A stretch of DNA of 64,000 nt from contig JAJZTT010000001.1 in the NCBI GenBank assembly GCA_021848705.1, forward strand, positions 7,837 to 71,836, given 5' to 3'. The stretch is from Pseudomonadota bacterium. GTDB taxonomy: Bacteria; Pseudomonadota; Gammaproteobacteria; Burkholderiales; JABEVD01. Each line of letters begins with the position of its first letter. Position 1 is the first letter of the stretch. Made by a program: the position numbers and the translations under genes. Below are positions 7,850 through 16,033 of the stretch, piece by piece. The notes under the pieces are model-generated. The model saw only the letters and a list, made by a program, of their open reading frames with translations, had not been told where the DNA came from and searched no databases.

Positions 7850-8019
7850 ATTTTCCCTGAATCTCCATGGGGTTGCCGAAAATCTCCGATCCGGGTCGCC
7901 GGACCCGCCCAGCCATAAATTTATAGATATTCCAATCAGAGAGTTGCCGCTTGTTGCCTCACGTAAAATCCGAGTAAAGGGGCGTTGCCAAATTTTCCCA
8001 AAGGACCTAAACTCGGGCC

Positions 8020-8271
8020 ATGAGTACGATGAACATCTCTCTCCCTGACACCCTGAAATCCTTCGTGGATGAACAGGTCAGCCTGCGTGGTTACGGCACC
8101 AGCAGTGAATACGTGCGCGAGTTGATCCGCAAGAATCAGGATCGCCAGCAACTTCGCGGCTTGCTGCTGGCGGGCGCGGCATCCAGCCCGACAGCGCCAG
8201 CCGATGCCGACTACTTCGAAGGTCTTCGGGATCGGGTGCGCAAGTCCGCCAAGGCCAGCACCCAAGGGTAA
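8020..8271 (+). CDS. parD: ParD/CopG-type type II antitoxin
   Basis: MSTMNISLPDTLKSFVDEQVSLRGYGTSSEYVRELIRKNQDRQQLRGLLL is a typical ParD family N-terminus. Confidence 0.85.
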   Translation: MSTMNISLPDTLKSFVDEQVSLRGYGTSSEYVRELIRKNQDRQQLRGLLLAGAASSPTAPADADYFEGLRDRVRKSAKASTQG

Positions 8272-8573
8272 AAACCAGGCCAGTCGTCCCGCGCGAGCAG
8301 GCCGACCGGGATGTTGACGAGGCCATTGCCTACTACCTGGGCGAGGATGCCGGGCAGGCTGCCTTGGGTTTCATCGATGCGCTGGAGAAGGCCTACGCCG
8401 ACATCGCACGTCATCCGGCCACAGGCTCACCGAGATACGCCCACGAGCTCAACCTGCCGGGCCTGCGGTTCTGGCCGCTGATGCGCTACCCTCACATGGT
8501 ATTCTACGTAGAGCGCCCGGACCACATCGATGAACGTTCAGTGCCTGGTCTTGAATTATCAGCAAAGCGATAA
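8271..8573 (+). pseudogene. parE: ParE/RelE-family toxin remnant (start codon lost, C-terminus replaced)
   Basis: In-frame KTRPVVPREQADRDVDEAIAYYLGEDAGQAALGFIDALEKAYADIARHPATGSPRYAHELNLPGLRFWPLMRYPHMVFYVERPDHID. No ATG/GTG/TTG before codon 32. The family-like sequence stops at HID and runs into a hairpin. Confidence 0.7.
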
Positions 8574-8588
8574 TTCAAGACCAGGCAC
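8541..8588. repeat. perfect 20-bp-stem inverted repeat (GTGCCTGGTCTTGAATTATC, 8-nt loop), preceded by the 10-bp palindrome TGAACGTTCA
   Basis: Seen directly. Arms at 8541-8560 and 8569-8588, loop AGCAAAGC. Palindrome at 8531-8540. Confidence 0.9.
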
Positions 8589-8697
8589 CATATTTCCGGG
8601 CTTCCCCTGAATTTCGGATCTGGATCCTCGCTGCGAAGGACGAAAATCGCATGCGACGACATTGTGGCCGAGCAGGTAACCGGTTCCTGCCGCAAAC

Positions 8698-11600
8698 TCA
8701 CGGGGCGGGACGGGAAAATCTTCCCCTGCCCGAACGAGCGAGTTCCCTGAGCAGGCTGTCACGCTCCATCTTCAATTCGAACAGCCTGAATGCTTCCCGG
8801 ACATTTTCGCGCAATTGATCGTCGTCCCAGGGCTTGGTGAGGAACTTGTAAATGGCCCCTTCGTTGACCGCATTGGTCACGGATTTCAGTTCGGTGTATC
8901 CGGTGAGGACGATCCTCATGGAATCCGGATGAAGCTGCTTCGCCTTGCGCAGGAATTCCACTCCCTTCATTTCCGGCATCCTCTGGTCGGCCACGATGAC
9001 CCCCACCTGATTCGCCGCCATGAGCTCAAGCGCCTCTCCGGCACTCGTCGTCGCAAGAATGCGGTATCCATCCCTTCTCAACACCCTTTGCAGCGCCCTC
9101 AGGACGTTCTCTTCGTCGTCAATGAGCAGAAGTGCCGGAGAATCATCGCCTCCATCGATACTCTCGAGCCTCCTTCTTTCCAATAGCATGGTCGTCATTT
9201 CGGATTCCGGGACCGGCTTCGAGAAAAAATACCCCTGCATCTCGTCGCAACCTTCCCTTTGCAGGAATTTCAACTGGATTTCGTTTTCCACTCCCTCCGC
9301 GATCACTTTCCTGTCCATGCCGTGCGCCATGGAAATCATCATCCTGGTGATCGAAGCATCGTTCGGCTCCACCGCGATGTCGCTCACGAAAGAGCGGTCG
9401 ATCTTGAGGCTGTCCACCGGAAACCTCTTCAGGCAACTCAGGCTGGAATAGCCGGTCCCGAAATCGTCGAGGGAAATGCGAACCCCCAGCTTCTTCAGAT
9501 CCTGCAGGATCAGAATGGCCTGTTCCGGATCGGCCATCGTGGCGCTTTCCGTCACCTCGATTTCCAGAAGCGCAGCATCGATGGCGTGCTTCAGGATCGA
9601 TCGCTCCATGATCGAAAGAAGATCCTTCTGCTGGAATTGCTTTGCCGAAAGATTGACCGCAAGGATGGTTTCCGGAAGTCCCATTTCCTTCCATGCCGCA
9701 AGACGGGCGCATGACTCCTCGATCACCCATTCACCGATCTGGACGATCAGGCCGGTTTCTTCTGCGAGGGGAATGAATTCTCCCGGAGAGATGATTCCCC
9801 GGCCGGGGTGGTTCCATCGGATCAGCGCCTCCACTCCCACGATATGCCCATGGCGGAGATCGACCTTGGGCTGGTAATGCAATTCGAATTCACTGCGATC
9901 GAGCGCGCGCCGGATGCCATTTTCAAGCTCGAGTTTTTGCAGCATTCTTTCGTTCATTTCGGAAGAATAGAACTGAAACCCGTTGCCCCCCAGCTCCTTC
10001 GCCCGGTACATGGCAACATCCGCATTCCTGAGCAGGGAAGACGGGGATTCACCGTCTCTTGGGTAAATCACGATGCCGAGGCTCGCCGAAACGGAAATCT
10101 CGCGCCCGACCACCTTGACCGGCCGGGAAATCGCGCCGAGATACTTCCTGGCAAGCAAAACCGTATCCTCCTCCGAAGAAAGCTCGGGAAAGATCAGCAT
10201 GAATTCATCCCCTCCAAGACGCGCAACCGTATCTCCGCTTCGCATCATGTTCGAAAGGCGCCTGCCCATTTCTCGCAGGATTTCGTCTCCGGCATCGTGC
10301 CCCAGGCTGTCGTTGACGATCTTGAACCTGTCCAGATCCATCAGCATTGCCGCAGCCCATTTCCCGGCCCTTCTCGAATGGGAGACGGACTGGGCAAGCC
10401 GGTCGGAAAGAATCTTTCGATTGGGCAGCCCGGTCAGGGAATCGTGGTTCGCCTGATACTCGAGCCTTTCCTCGTAATGCTTGCGATCCGAAATGTCCCT
10501 GAAAAAACCCAAAAGAACCTTCCTCCCGTCGAGTTCCATGGTGGATGCCCTGATCTCGACATCCCGGGTGGTTCCATCCTTGCGGAGGATCCTGGTTTCG
10601 ATCGACTCCCCTTTCCTCGAGGTGCGGTGCAACTGGAGGCTGCGGGAAACTGCATGGGCGGAAGGTTCGGGAGGATGCAGAATTTTCTGGGATTTCCCGA
10701 TCATTTTCGCTTTTGAACTTCCGACCAGCTTTTCCATGGCATGGTTGACGTCCAGAAGCTCTCCCGTTTCCGCATCTGCGAGCGCGATGGCATCCGTGCC
10801 GTTTTCGAACAGCATGTGGTACCTTTCCTCGCTCGCCCTGAGTCCAATCTCCGCCTGCCGCCTGGCTGAATCGGAGCGTAGGTTGGCGATCCCGTAGGAA
10901 AGGTCTCCTGCAAGCTGCTCCAGGATTTTCACCTGCTCCTCCCCGAAGGCATCCGGCCCGGAGGCATGGATTGCCAGCACGCCGTAATCGGTTCCACCAT
11001 GCGCCAGGGGCAGCGCAATGCCGGATCTGCTTCCCGGCTCCCCAGGAGTCCTGCAGCAATGCGGATTCACCTGAGTCCTGCCGGTCCGGACTGCCTCTTC
11101 CGCAGTGCAGCATCCCCCTCCGAAAAGCTCGACTTTTCCCGCATGGGCGACAGGGTTCAATGCACCACCTGCTTCGGACAGCCCGATCCAGGCCATCGTG
11201 TACCCCCCCGAATCGACCACGACCCGGCACATTCCCTCGAGCAGCATTTTTTCGTCAACGGAATGGATCAACAGGGAATTGCAGGCGCTGATGGTTTTCA
11301 ACGCACGGTTCGTTTCCTGCAATTCGTTCAGCATCCTGTGCGGCTTCGTGACATCCCTCAGCGTGAAAAGAAGCATGTCCACCCTGCCATTTCCGTCCAG
11401 GAAGGGAACCAGCGTCAGATCCCAGAAGGTCCCCCCCCATTCCGGGTGATCAGGAAATTCGAACGGGTAGCCGGTGGCCTGGAAGGGAACGGCTGTTTCC
11501 ACGACTCGCCTGCATTCCTCGATGAAGGGAGAAGGATACAGTTCGAAATGATTCCGGCCTGCGAATTCCTCCTCTGGGCGACCGCAGATCCCGCAATAGG

Positions 11601-11715
11601 CCTGGTTGACGCGGATGAAATTGAAATCCCTGTCCAGAAGGACGATGCAGTCGTGAGAGTGGAGGAAGATCTTCTCCAGAAGTTCGGTTTGACCGCATTC
11701 AGGCATCTTTTGCAT
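8698..11715 (-). CDS. PAS-GAF-PAS-GGDEF-EAL protein with a C-terminal receiver domain
   Basis: 1005 aa. RSGD I-site plus ARLGGDEF; EALIRW, DDFGTGYSS and EGVE EAL motifs. C-terminal LLLIDDEENV ... VADQRMPEMKGVEF ... LTKPW is REC-like. Confidence 0.9.
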   Translation of the reverse strand: MQKMPECGQTELLEKIFLHSHDCIVLLDRDFNFIRVNQAYCGICGRPEEEFAGRNHFELYPSPFIEECRRVVETAVPFQATGYPFEFPDHPEWGGTFWDLTLVPFLDGNGRVDMLLFTLRDVTKPHRMLNELQETNRALKTISACNSLLIHSVDEKMLLEGMCRVVVDSGGYTMAWIGLSEAGGALNPVAHAGKVELFGGGCCTAEEAVRTGRTQVNPHCCRTPGEPGSRSGIALPLAHGGTDYGVLAIHASGPDAFGEEQVKILEQLAGDLSYGIANLRSDSARRQAEIGLRASEERYHMLFENGTDAIALADAETGELLDVNHAMEKLVGSSKAKMIGKSQKILHPPEPSAHAVSRSLQLHRTSRKGESIETRILRKDGTTRDVEIRASTMELDGRKVLLGFFRDISDRKHYEERLEYQANHDSLTGLPNRKILSDRLAQSVSHSRRAGKWAAAMLMDLDRFKIVNDSLGHDAGDEILREMGRRLSNMMRSGDTVARLGGDEFMLIFPELSSEEDTVLLARKYLGAISRPVKVVGREISVSASLGIVIYPRDGESPSSLLRNADVAMYRAKELGGNGFQFYSSEMNERMLQKLELENGIRRALDRSEFELHYQPKVDLRHGHIVGVEALIRWNHPGRGIISPGEFIPLAEETGLIVQIGEWVIEESCARLAAWKEMGLPETILAVNLSAKQFQQKDLLSIMERSILKHAIDAALLEIEVTESATMADPEQAILILQDLKKLGVRISLDDFGTGYSSLSCLKRFPVDSLKIDRSFVSDIAVEPNDASITRMMISMAHGMDRKVIAEGVENEIQLKFLQREGCDEMQGYFFSKPVPESEMTTMLLERRRLESIDGGDDSPALLLIDDEENVLRALQRVLRRDGYRILATTSAGEALELMAANQVGVIVADQRMPEMKGVEFLRKAKQLHPDSMRIVLTGYTELKSVTNAVNEGAIYKFLTKPWDDDQLRENVREAFRLFELKMERDSLLRELARSGRGRFSRPAP

Positions 11716-11807
11716 TTCTTCTCCGACCGCTGAATTTCCGGGATTGATGCTGATTTCCCATGAGCGGATCTGCTATAAACAAATCATGGAGACCCCGGAT
11801 GGCTGTC

Positions 11808-11869
11808 GACTATAGTCTTAAATTCCTGTTCCGTCAAAGCCAATGACCCGGAATTCTTGGACTATAGTC
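11808..11869. promoter_or_regulatory. pair of 10-bp palindromes GACTATAGTC (11808-11817 and 11860-11869), candidate operators
   Basis: Two exact copies 52 bp apart centre to centre, with inner AATTCC/GGAATT arms. Located in the divergent region between the GGDEF-EAL gene and the XRE gene. Confidence 0.45.
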
Positions 11870-11938
11870 CGTCGGACAAAAGTCATTCGACAAAAAATGA
11901 TCAACCAACTATCTTCGCTGCTCATGGGGAAATCATCA

Positions 11939-12235
11939 ATGAACAACGCGCCGAGCAGCACTTTTGGTCTTGTCGTCAGGGAAATTCGCGAAGAGCTCGG
12001 ACTTTCCCAGGAAGCGCTCGCCATGCATGCAGGATTGGACAGGACCTTCATTTCCCTTCTGGAAAGGGGCAGGCGACAGCCTTCCCTTTCGACCATCCTG
12101 TATCTTTCGTTTTCGCTAGGCGTACCCCCCTGCCTGCTGATTTCGAAAGTTCAGGAGAGGCTTCCGGAAGCATTCATGGATCATTTGCAACAGACGAGAA
12201 GCAAGGCGGCTGGCAAGGTTCGCGATTCCGCCTGA
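11939..12235 (+). CDS. XRE/Cro-C1 family HTH transcriptional regulator
   Basis: FGLVVREIREELGLSQEALAMHAGLDRTFISLLERGRRQPS. Start uncertain (ATGs at 11897, 11924 and 11939). The track start at 11843 would bury the second palindrome. Confidence 0.7.
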   Translation: MNNAPSSTFGLVVREIREELGLSQEALAMHAGLDRTFISLLERGRRQPSLSTILYLSFSLGVPPCLLISKVQERLPEAFMDHLQQTRSKAAGKVRDSA

Positions 12236-12306
12236 TCCGCTTCAGAGACGGGCAGGCGACGAATTTCCAGAAAAAGCCGCTTCGGGTGATGCGGCACGAC
12301 CGGGAG

Positions 12307-12720
12307 TCAGTATTCCGCCTTCCCCCGGGTCGCCTTGATGTTGCTTCTTCGCATCTTGGATTCGAGACGGCGCTCGCGTGAGGCGGCGGTGGGCTTGGTC
12401 GCACGGCGAACGCGGGGCGTGACGGAAACCGAAAGAATCAGGTCGCGAAGCCGGGACAGCGCATCCATCCTGTTCATTTCCTGGCTGCGGTAGCGCTGCG
12501 CCTTCATGATCACGATCCCTTCTTCGGTGATCCTGCCGTCCTTCAGTGCGAGAAGCCGCGCCTTCCAGGCTTCGGGGAGGGAGGATTTGTTCACGTCGAA
12601 CCTCAGGTGGATCGCGGAGGAGACCTTGTTGACGTTCTGTCCGCCCGCGCCCTGGGCTCGCATCGCGGACAGTTCGATCTCGTCCGCGGGAATCGATACG
12701 CTGTTCGAGATCCTCAGCAT
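12307..12720 (-). CDS. arfB: alternative ribosome rescue factor ArfB (peptidyl-tRNA hydrolase, GGQ)
   Basis: MLRISNSVSIPADEIELSAMRAQGAGGQNVNKVSSAIHLRF; basic C-terminal tail. Confidence 0.85.
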   Translation of the reverse strand: MLRISNSVSIPADEIELSAMRAQGAGGQNVNKVSSAIHLRFDVNKSSLPEAWKARLLALKDGRITEEGIVIMKAQRYRSQEMNRMDALSRLRDLILSVSVTPRVRRATKPTAASRERRLESKMRRSNIKATRGKAEY

Positions 12721-13532
12721 TTCTGGCACTTCGGGCAATAAAAGGTCGAACGCTGCCCCTGCCTCGCCTGCTTCACGGGGGTGGAACAGACGGGACAGGG
12801 TTCGCCCGCCCTACCGTAAACATTGAGACGCTGCTGGAAATAACCCGGGTTTCCCGAGGAATTGACGAAGTCGCGAAGGGTGCTTCCTCCCGCGAGAATC
12901 GCGTCATTCAGGGTATTCCTGATCTCCTCGGCCAGCCTCTCGTATCTCGAAGCGCCCACCTTTCCCGCGGATACCATCGGGCTGATCCCGGCACGGAAAA
13001 GCGATTCGCTCGCGTAGATGTTCCCCACTCCCACCACGATGCGGCTATCCATCACATACTGCTTCACGGCAACGCTCTTTCCTCTCGAAAGATCGTAAAG
13101 AAGCCTGCCCGAAAAACCTTCCCCCAATGGCTCGACGCCCAGCCCGCGGATCAGGGGATGCGCCCCGATCTCCCCCTTCTCCCAGAGTACCGCGCCGAAT
13201 CTTCTCGGATCCCGCAACCGGATCAGGGATCCGTCCGAAAAAAGCAGGTCGAAATGGTCGTGCTTTTCGGGCTCTGCTGCGCTTTCAAGGTAGCGCAGGC
13301 TTCCGGACATCCCGAGATGGACGATCAGCTTTCCTCGTCCAAGATCGAAAAGCAGGTATTTCGCGCGCCTGGATATGCCAAGAATCGTCGCCCCGGAAAC
13401 CTCCTCATGCAGATTTTCCGGAATCGGCCAGCGCAACATCGGGTTTCCGATCCTGACCCCGGCAACCCTTTTCCCTTCCACATGGGGGATGAGCCCGCGC
13501 TTGGTCGTCTCGACCTCAGGAAGTTCCGGCAT
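12714..13532 (-). CDS. mutM: formamidopyrimidine-DNA glycosylase
   Basis: MPELPEVETT N-terminus; C-terminal zinc finger CPVCSTPV...YCPKCQ. Confidence 0.95.
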   Translation of the reverse strand: MPELPEVETTKRGLIPHVEGKRVAGVRIGNPMLRWPIPENLHEEVSGATILGISRRAKYLLFDLGRGKLIVHLGMSGSLRYLESAAEPEKHDHFDLLFSDGSLIRLRDPRRFGAVLWEKGEIGAHPLIRGLGVEPLGEGFSGRLLYDLSRGKSVAVKQYVMDSRIVVGVGNIYASESLFRAGISPMVSAGKVGASRYERLAEEIRNTLNDAILAGGSTLRDFVNSSGNPGYFQQRLNVYGRAGEPCPVCSTPVKQARQGQRSTFYCPKCQKC

Positions 13533-13980
13533 GTTCCAGTTCCGAAAGAGAGGGAATCAGCGCATATTTCGCGGAAACGAGATATACGGAATTCCCGGCA
13601 TGGAGATATTGCTGACCGGTGAGCGGATAGATCATCCCGAATTCGAAGCTTTCCCCGTCGAATTTGAGGGAAAGATCCGGTTTGTCCAGACCGAAGCGGG
13701 AAAGGTCTCCTGCATCCAGCTTCTGGTCGGATCTCGCGTTCAAAACCGAAAAAATCTCCTTCACCTTTTCCGGATTCACATCCTTTCGAACCGGTGAAAC
13801 GATTTTCCATCGTCCTCCCATTTTTTCAAGGAGGACGCTCTCCGATCCCTTCTTCGATATTTCGATTCTGGTAACCGATGAAGGATCGGTCTTCGACACG
13901 GAAAATCCTTCATCCTTCGGCAGGAAATACAGGATAGCGCCAACGGAAATCACCAGAAAAAAGAGGATCCGGTTCCTCAT
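13516..13980 (-). CDS. membrane-anchored DUF4340-like protein, last gene of the GldG-type ABC cluster
   Basis: 154 aa with an N-terminal TM segment. 4-nt overlap with the upstream gldG-like gene. Family call is from memory only. Confidence 0.5.
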   Translation of the reverse strand: MRNRILFFLVISVGAILYFLPKDEGFSVSKTDPSSVTRIEISKKGSESVLLEKMGGRWKIVSPVRKDVNPEKVKEIFSVLNARSDQKLDAGDLSRFGLDKPDLSLKFDGESFEFGMIYPLTGQQYLHAGNSVYLVSAKYALIPSLSELEHAGTS

Positions 13981-15299
13981 CCCGCCCTGCGCCTCCAGCC
14001 GAGAAATCCCGCGATTCCAAGAAATCCGAGCGGGATGCCGAAAAGCAGCCCGATCGCAAGAACGGAAGCGCTGGTCTTGGTAAACTGAAGATTGGAATCG
14101 AGCGTCGCCCTGGGCTGCAGGGTGATCATCCTTTCGTCCTTCGCCAGCCAGTTGACCAGATTCACGCCCAGATCCAGGTTCCCTCCGTTTCCGATGTAGG
14201 CATTGGCGAGGAATTCCCCGGTTCCGGCAACGACGATTCTCTGATCATTCTCACCAACCCTGCGCTCGAAGGCGACCAATACGTCGACCGGCCCCCTGAT
14301 GTCGCGCGACGGGACATATTGCGGCTTCCCGGACACGGAAACCCAGCCCTGCTGGGCCGCCTCGACGAGCGGAACGACCTTCCAGCCGCCGCGATCGGAA
14401 AACCCTATCTGACGAGCCACGGGGAAAACCGTGACGAGGGAAAAGCCCGAAGTCACCGGATGGGTTCCGTAGAGCGTGCCGAGCGCCCAGTTGGGCGGCG
14501 CGCCGAGCTTCACCGCTGCCGGATCGATCACGATTCCGGGGGAAAGAGACAAGCCGATTTCATCCGCCAGAGGCTGCAGGCCGTGCAGGGGATTTTCCGG
14601 GTTGTCATCCGGATCGACGAGCCACAGGAGATCCCCTCCCCGTTTCACGTAATTTTCGATCTTTTTCACCTCTCCCGGCATGAGGTCGACCTGAGGGGTG
14701 GTGATCACGAGAAGGGACATGTTTTCGGGGATGTCCTGTGCAATCGCGAGATTGAGGCTTCCGGTTTCGAAGCCGTTTTTCGCAAGGCGCTTTCCGAATT
14801 CTCCGAGATCGAAATTCGCGACCCCGTCGATCTTCCGCTCGCCATGACCGGATAATGCCATGACCAGAGGCTTCCTCGTCCTCTCGAGCCGGATGAAGAG
14901 GTTGTCGATGGACTCCTCGTTCAAAGCCCTGAGATGCTCGCTGCGCCCCTCGTATTCGACCACCATTTCCCCGTTCGCGCTCACCCCGGCCTTCTCCGCA
15001 AGCTTCGGCTCCATGACCGGATCGACGAATTTCAGGCGAATGTCCTGCTTCGCCCTGAGGTAGGGGGCGAGGAAATCCGATACCGCCTTCTGCACGTCGC
15101 CGAACTTCGGATCATTCTTCGAGGCATAGGAGGTGATGGTCACCGGCCCTTTCAGGTTGCCCAGGATCTGCAGGGTCGCATCGTACAGGCTGTTCCTGCC
15201 GTTCTGCGTGAGATCCCATTGCCTGGAATATTTCCCTGAAACGAATCCCAGCATCAAAACCAGCGCAAGAAGCAGGAGCGGCGAAAGGGTTTTCTTCAC
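13977..15299 (-). CDS. GldG-family ABC transporter auxiliary component
   Basis: 440 aa with N- and C-terminal TM segments. Its position after an ABC-2 permease is typical for GldG-like proteins. Confidence 0.8.
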   Translation of the reverse strand: MKKTLSPLLLLALVLMLGFVSGKYSRQWDLTQNGRNSLYDATLQILGNLKGPVTITSYASKNDPKFGDVQKAVSDFLAPYLRAKQDIRLKFVDPVMEPKLAEKAGVSANGEMVVEYEGRSEHLRALNEESIDNLFIRLERTRKPLVMALSGHGERKIDGVANFDLGEFGKRLAKNGFETGSLNLAIAQDIPENMSLLVITTPQVDLMPGEVKKIENYVKRGGDLLWLVDPDDNPENPLHGLQPLADEIGLSLSPGIVIDPAAVKLGAPPNWALGTLYGTHPVTSGFSLVTVFPVARQIGFSDRGGWKVVPLVEAAQQGWVSVSGKPQYVPSRDIRGPVDVLVAFERRVGENDQRIVVAGTGEFLANAYIGNGGNLDLGVNLVNWLAKDERMITLQPRATLDSNLQFTKTSASVLAIGLLFGIPLGFLGIAGFLGWRRRAG

Positions 15300-16033
15300 G
15301 ATTCGCGCTCCTCAAGGCGCCAACTGGCAAGAGTCAGAAAAAATGCGGTGAAGAGCAGAAAGTAGGCGATGTCTCCGGTATCCACGATTCCCTGCATGAA
15401 ATTCGAGAAATGGGTCGAAGGGGAAATGTCGTGGAAAAAATTCGAACCCTTTCCGGTGCCGTATCCTGCCGCCCAAAGCGCGAGCAGCGCGCCGATCCCG
15501 CCGATCCCTGCAAGAAGCGGATGCCTGGTGAGGCAGGAGATGTAAAGGCCCAGGGAACCGTAAGCTGCCGATACGAGAAAAACCCCCAGGGTCGCGGACG
15601 CGATCAGTCCAAAATCGATCTTCCCTCCGAAATGCAGGGAAGCGGACATGAGGAACACCAGGAAGATTCCGAAAAAAAGGAAGCCCATCAGTCCGAGAAA
15701 CTTGCCGAGCACGATCTCGGATGTCGTGACGGGAGCGGAAAAAAGCAGCGGCAGGGTCCGGTTGCGGCGCTCTTCGGCGACGAGGCGCATTGTGAAGAGC
15801 GGGATGATCATGAGATAGATCATGGAGATGGCAGAAAACATCGGGGCCGCGATCCATTCGGTTGCACCAGGAGGATTCACGAGACGCGAAAGCTGCGCCT
15901 GGACACCCAGATATGCGTCGAGCCTCGCCAGGAAGATCCATGCGAGGATCGCCTGCAAAATGGCCAGGATGATCCAGGCCAGCGGAGATGCGAAAAGCGA
16001 TCGGAATTCCCTCGAAGCGATGACCCGGATCAT
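15296..16033 (-). CDS. ABC-2 type transporter permease
   Basis: 245 aa, multi-TM. 4-nt overlaps with both neighbours. Confidence 0.8.
   Translation of the reverse strand: MIRVIASREFRSLFASPLAWIILAILQAILAWIFLARLDAYLGVQAQLSRLVNPPGATEWIAAPMFSAISMIYLMIIPLFTMRLVAEERRNRTLPLLFSAPVTTSEIVLGKFLGLMGFLFFGIFLVFLMSASLHFGGKIDFGLIASATLGVFLVSAAYGSLGLYISCLTRHPLLAGIGGIGALLALWAAGYGTGKGSNFFHDISPSTHFSNFMQGIVDTGDIAYFLLFTAFFLTLASWRLEERES

Larger units (their letters stand above)
7622..7878 (+). repeat. module copy B, paralogous to 6909-7140
   Basis: Same conserved blocks, in the same order and spacing, as copy A. Confidence 0.6.

Noticed and set aside
6909-7878. Integron attC sites or a cassette array, which would explain repeated elements next to small ORFs and a TA pair.
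   Set aside because: The repeats lack complementary R''/R' cores (RYYYAAC / GTTRRRY) and the L''/L' inverted-repeat structure. The copies are direct paralogs that include an SD and ATG, and no intI is present.
6819-8048. A chromosomal replication origin (oriC), suggested by perfect DnaA boxes in AT-rich DNA.
   Set aside because: There is only one perfect box per module copy. I found no cluster of 4-5 boxes and no AT-rich 13-mer-type unwinding element. There is no dnaA, dnaN, gidA or parAB context. A single perfect 9-mer is expected about 0.5 times per window by chance. It is kept only as a local regulatory or titration hypothesis.
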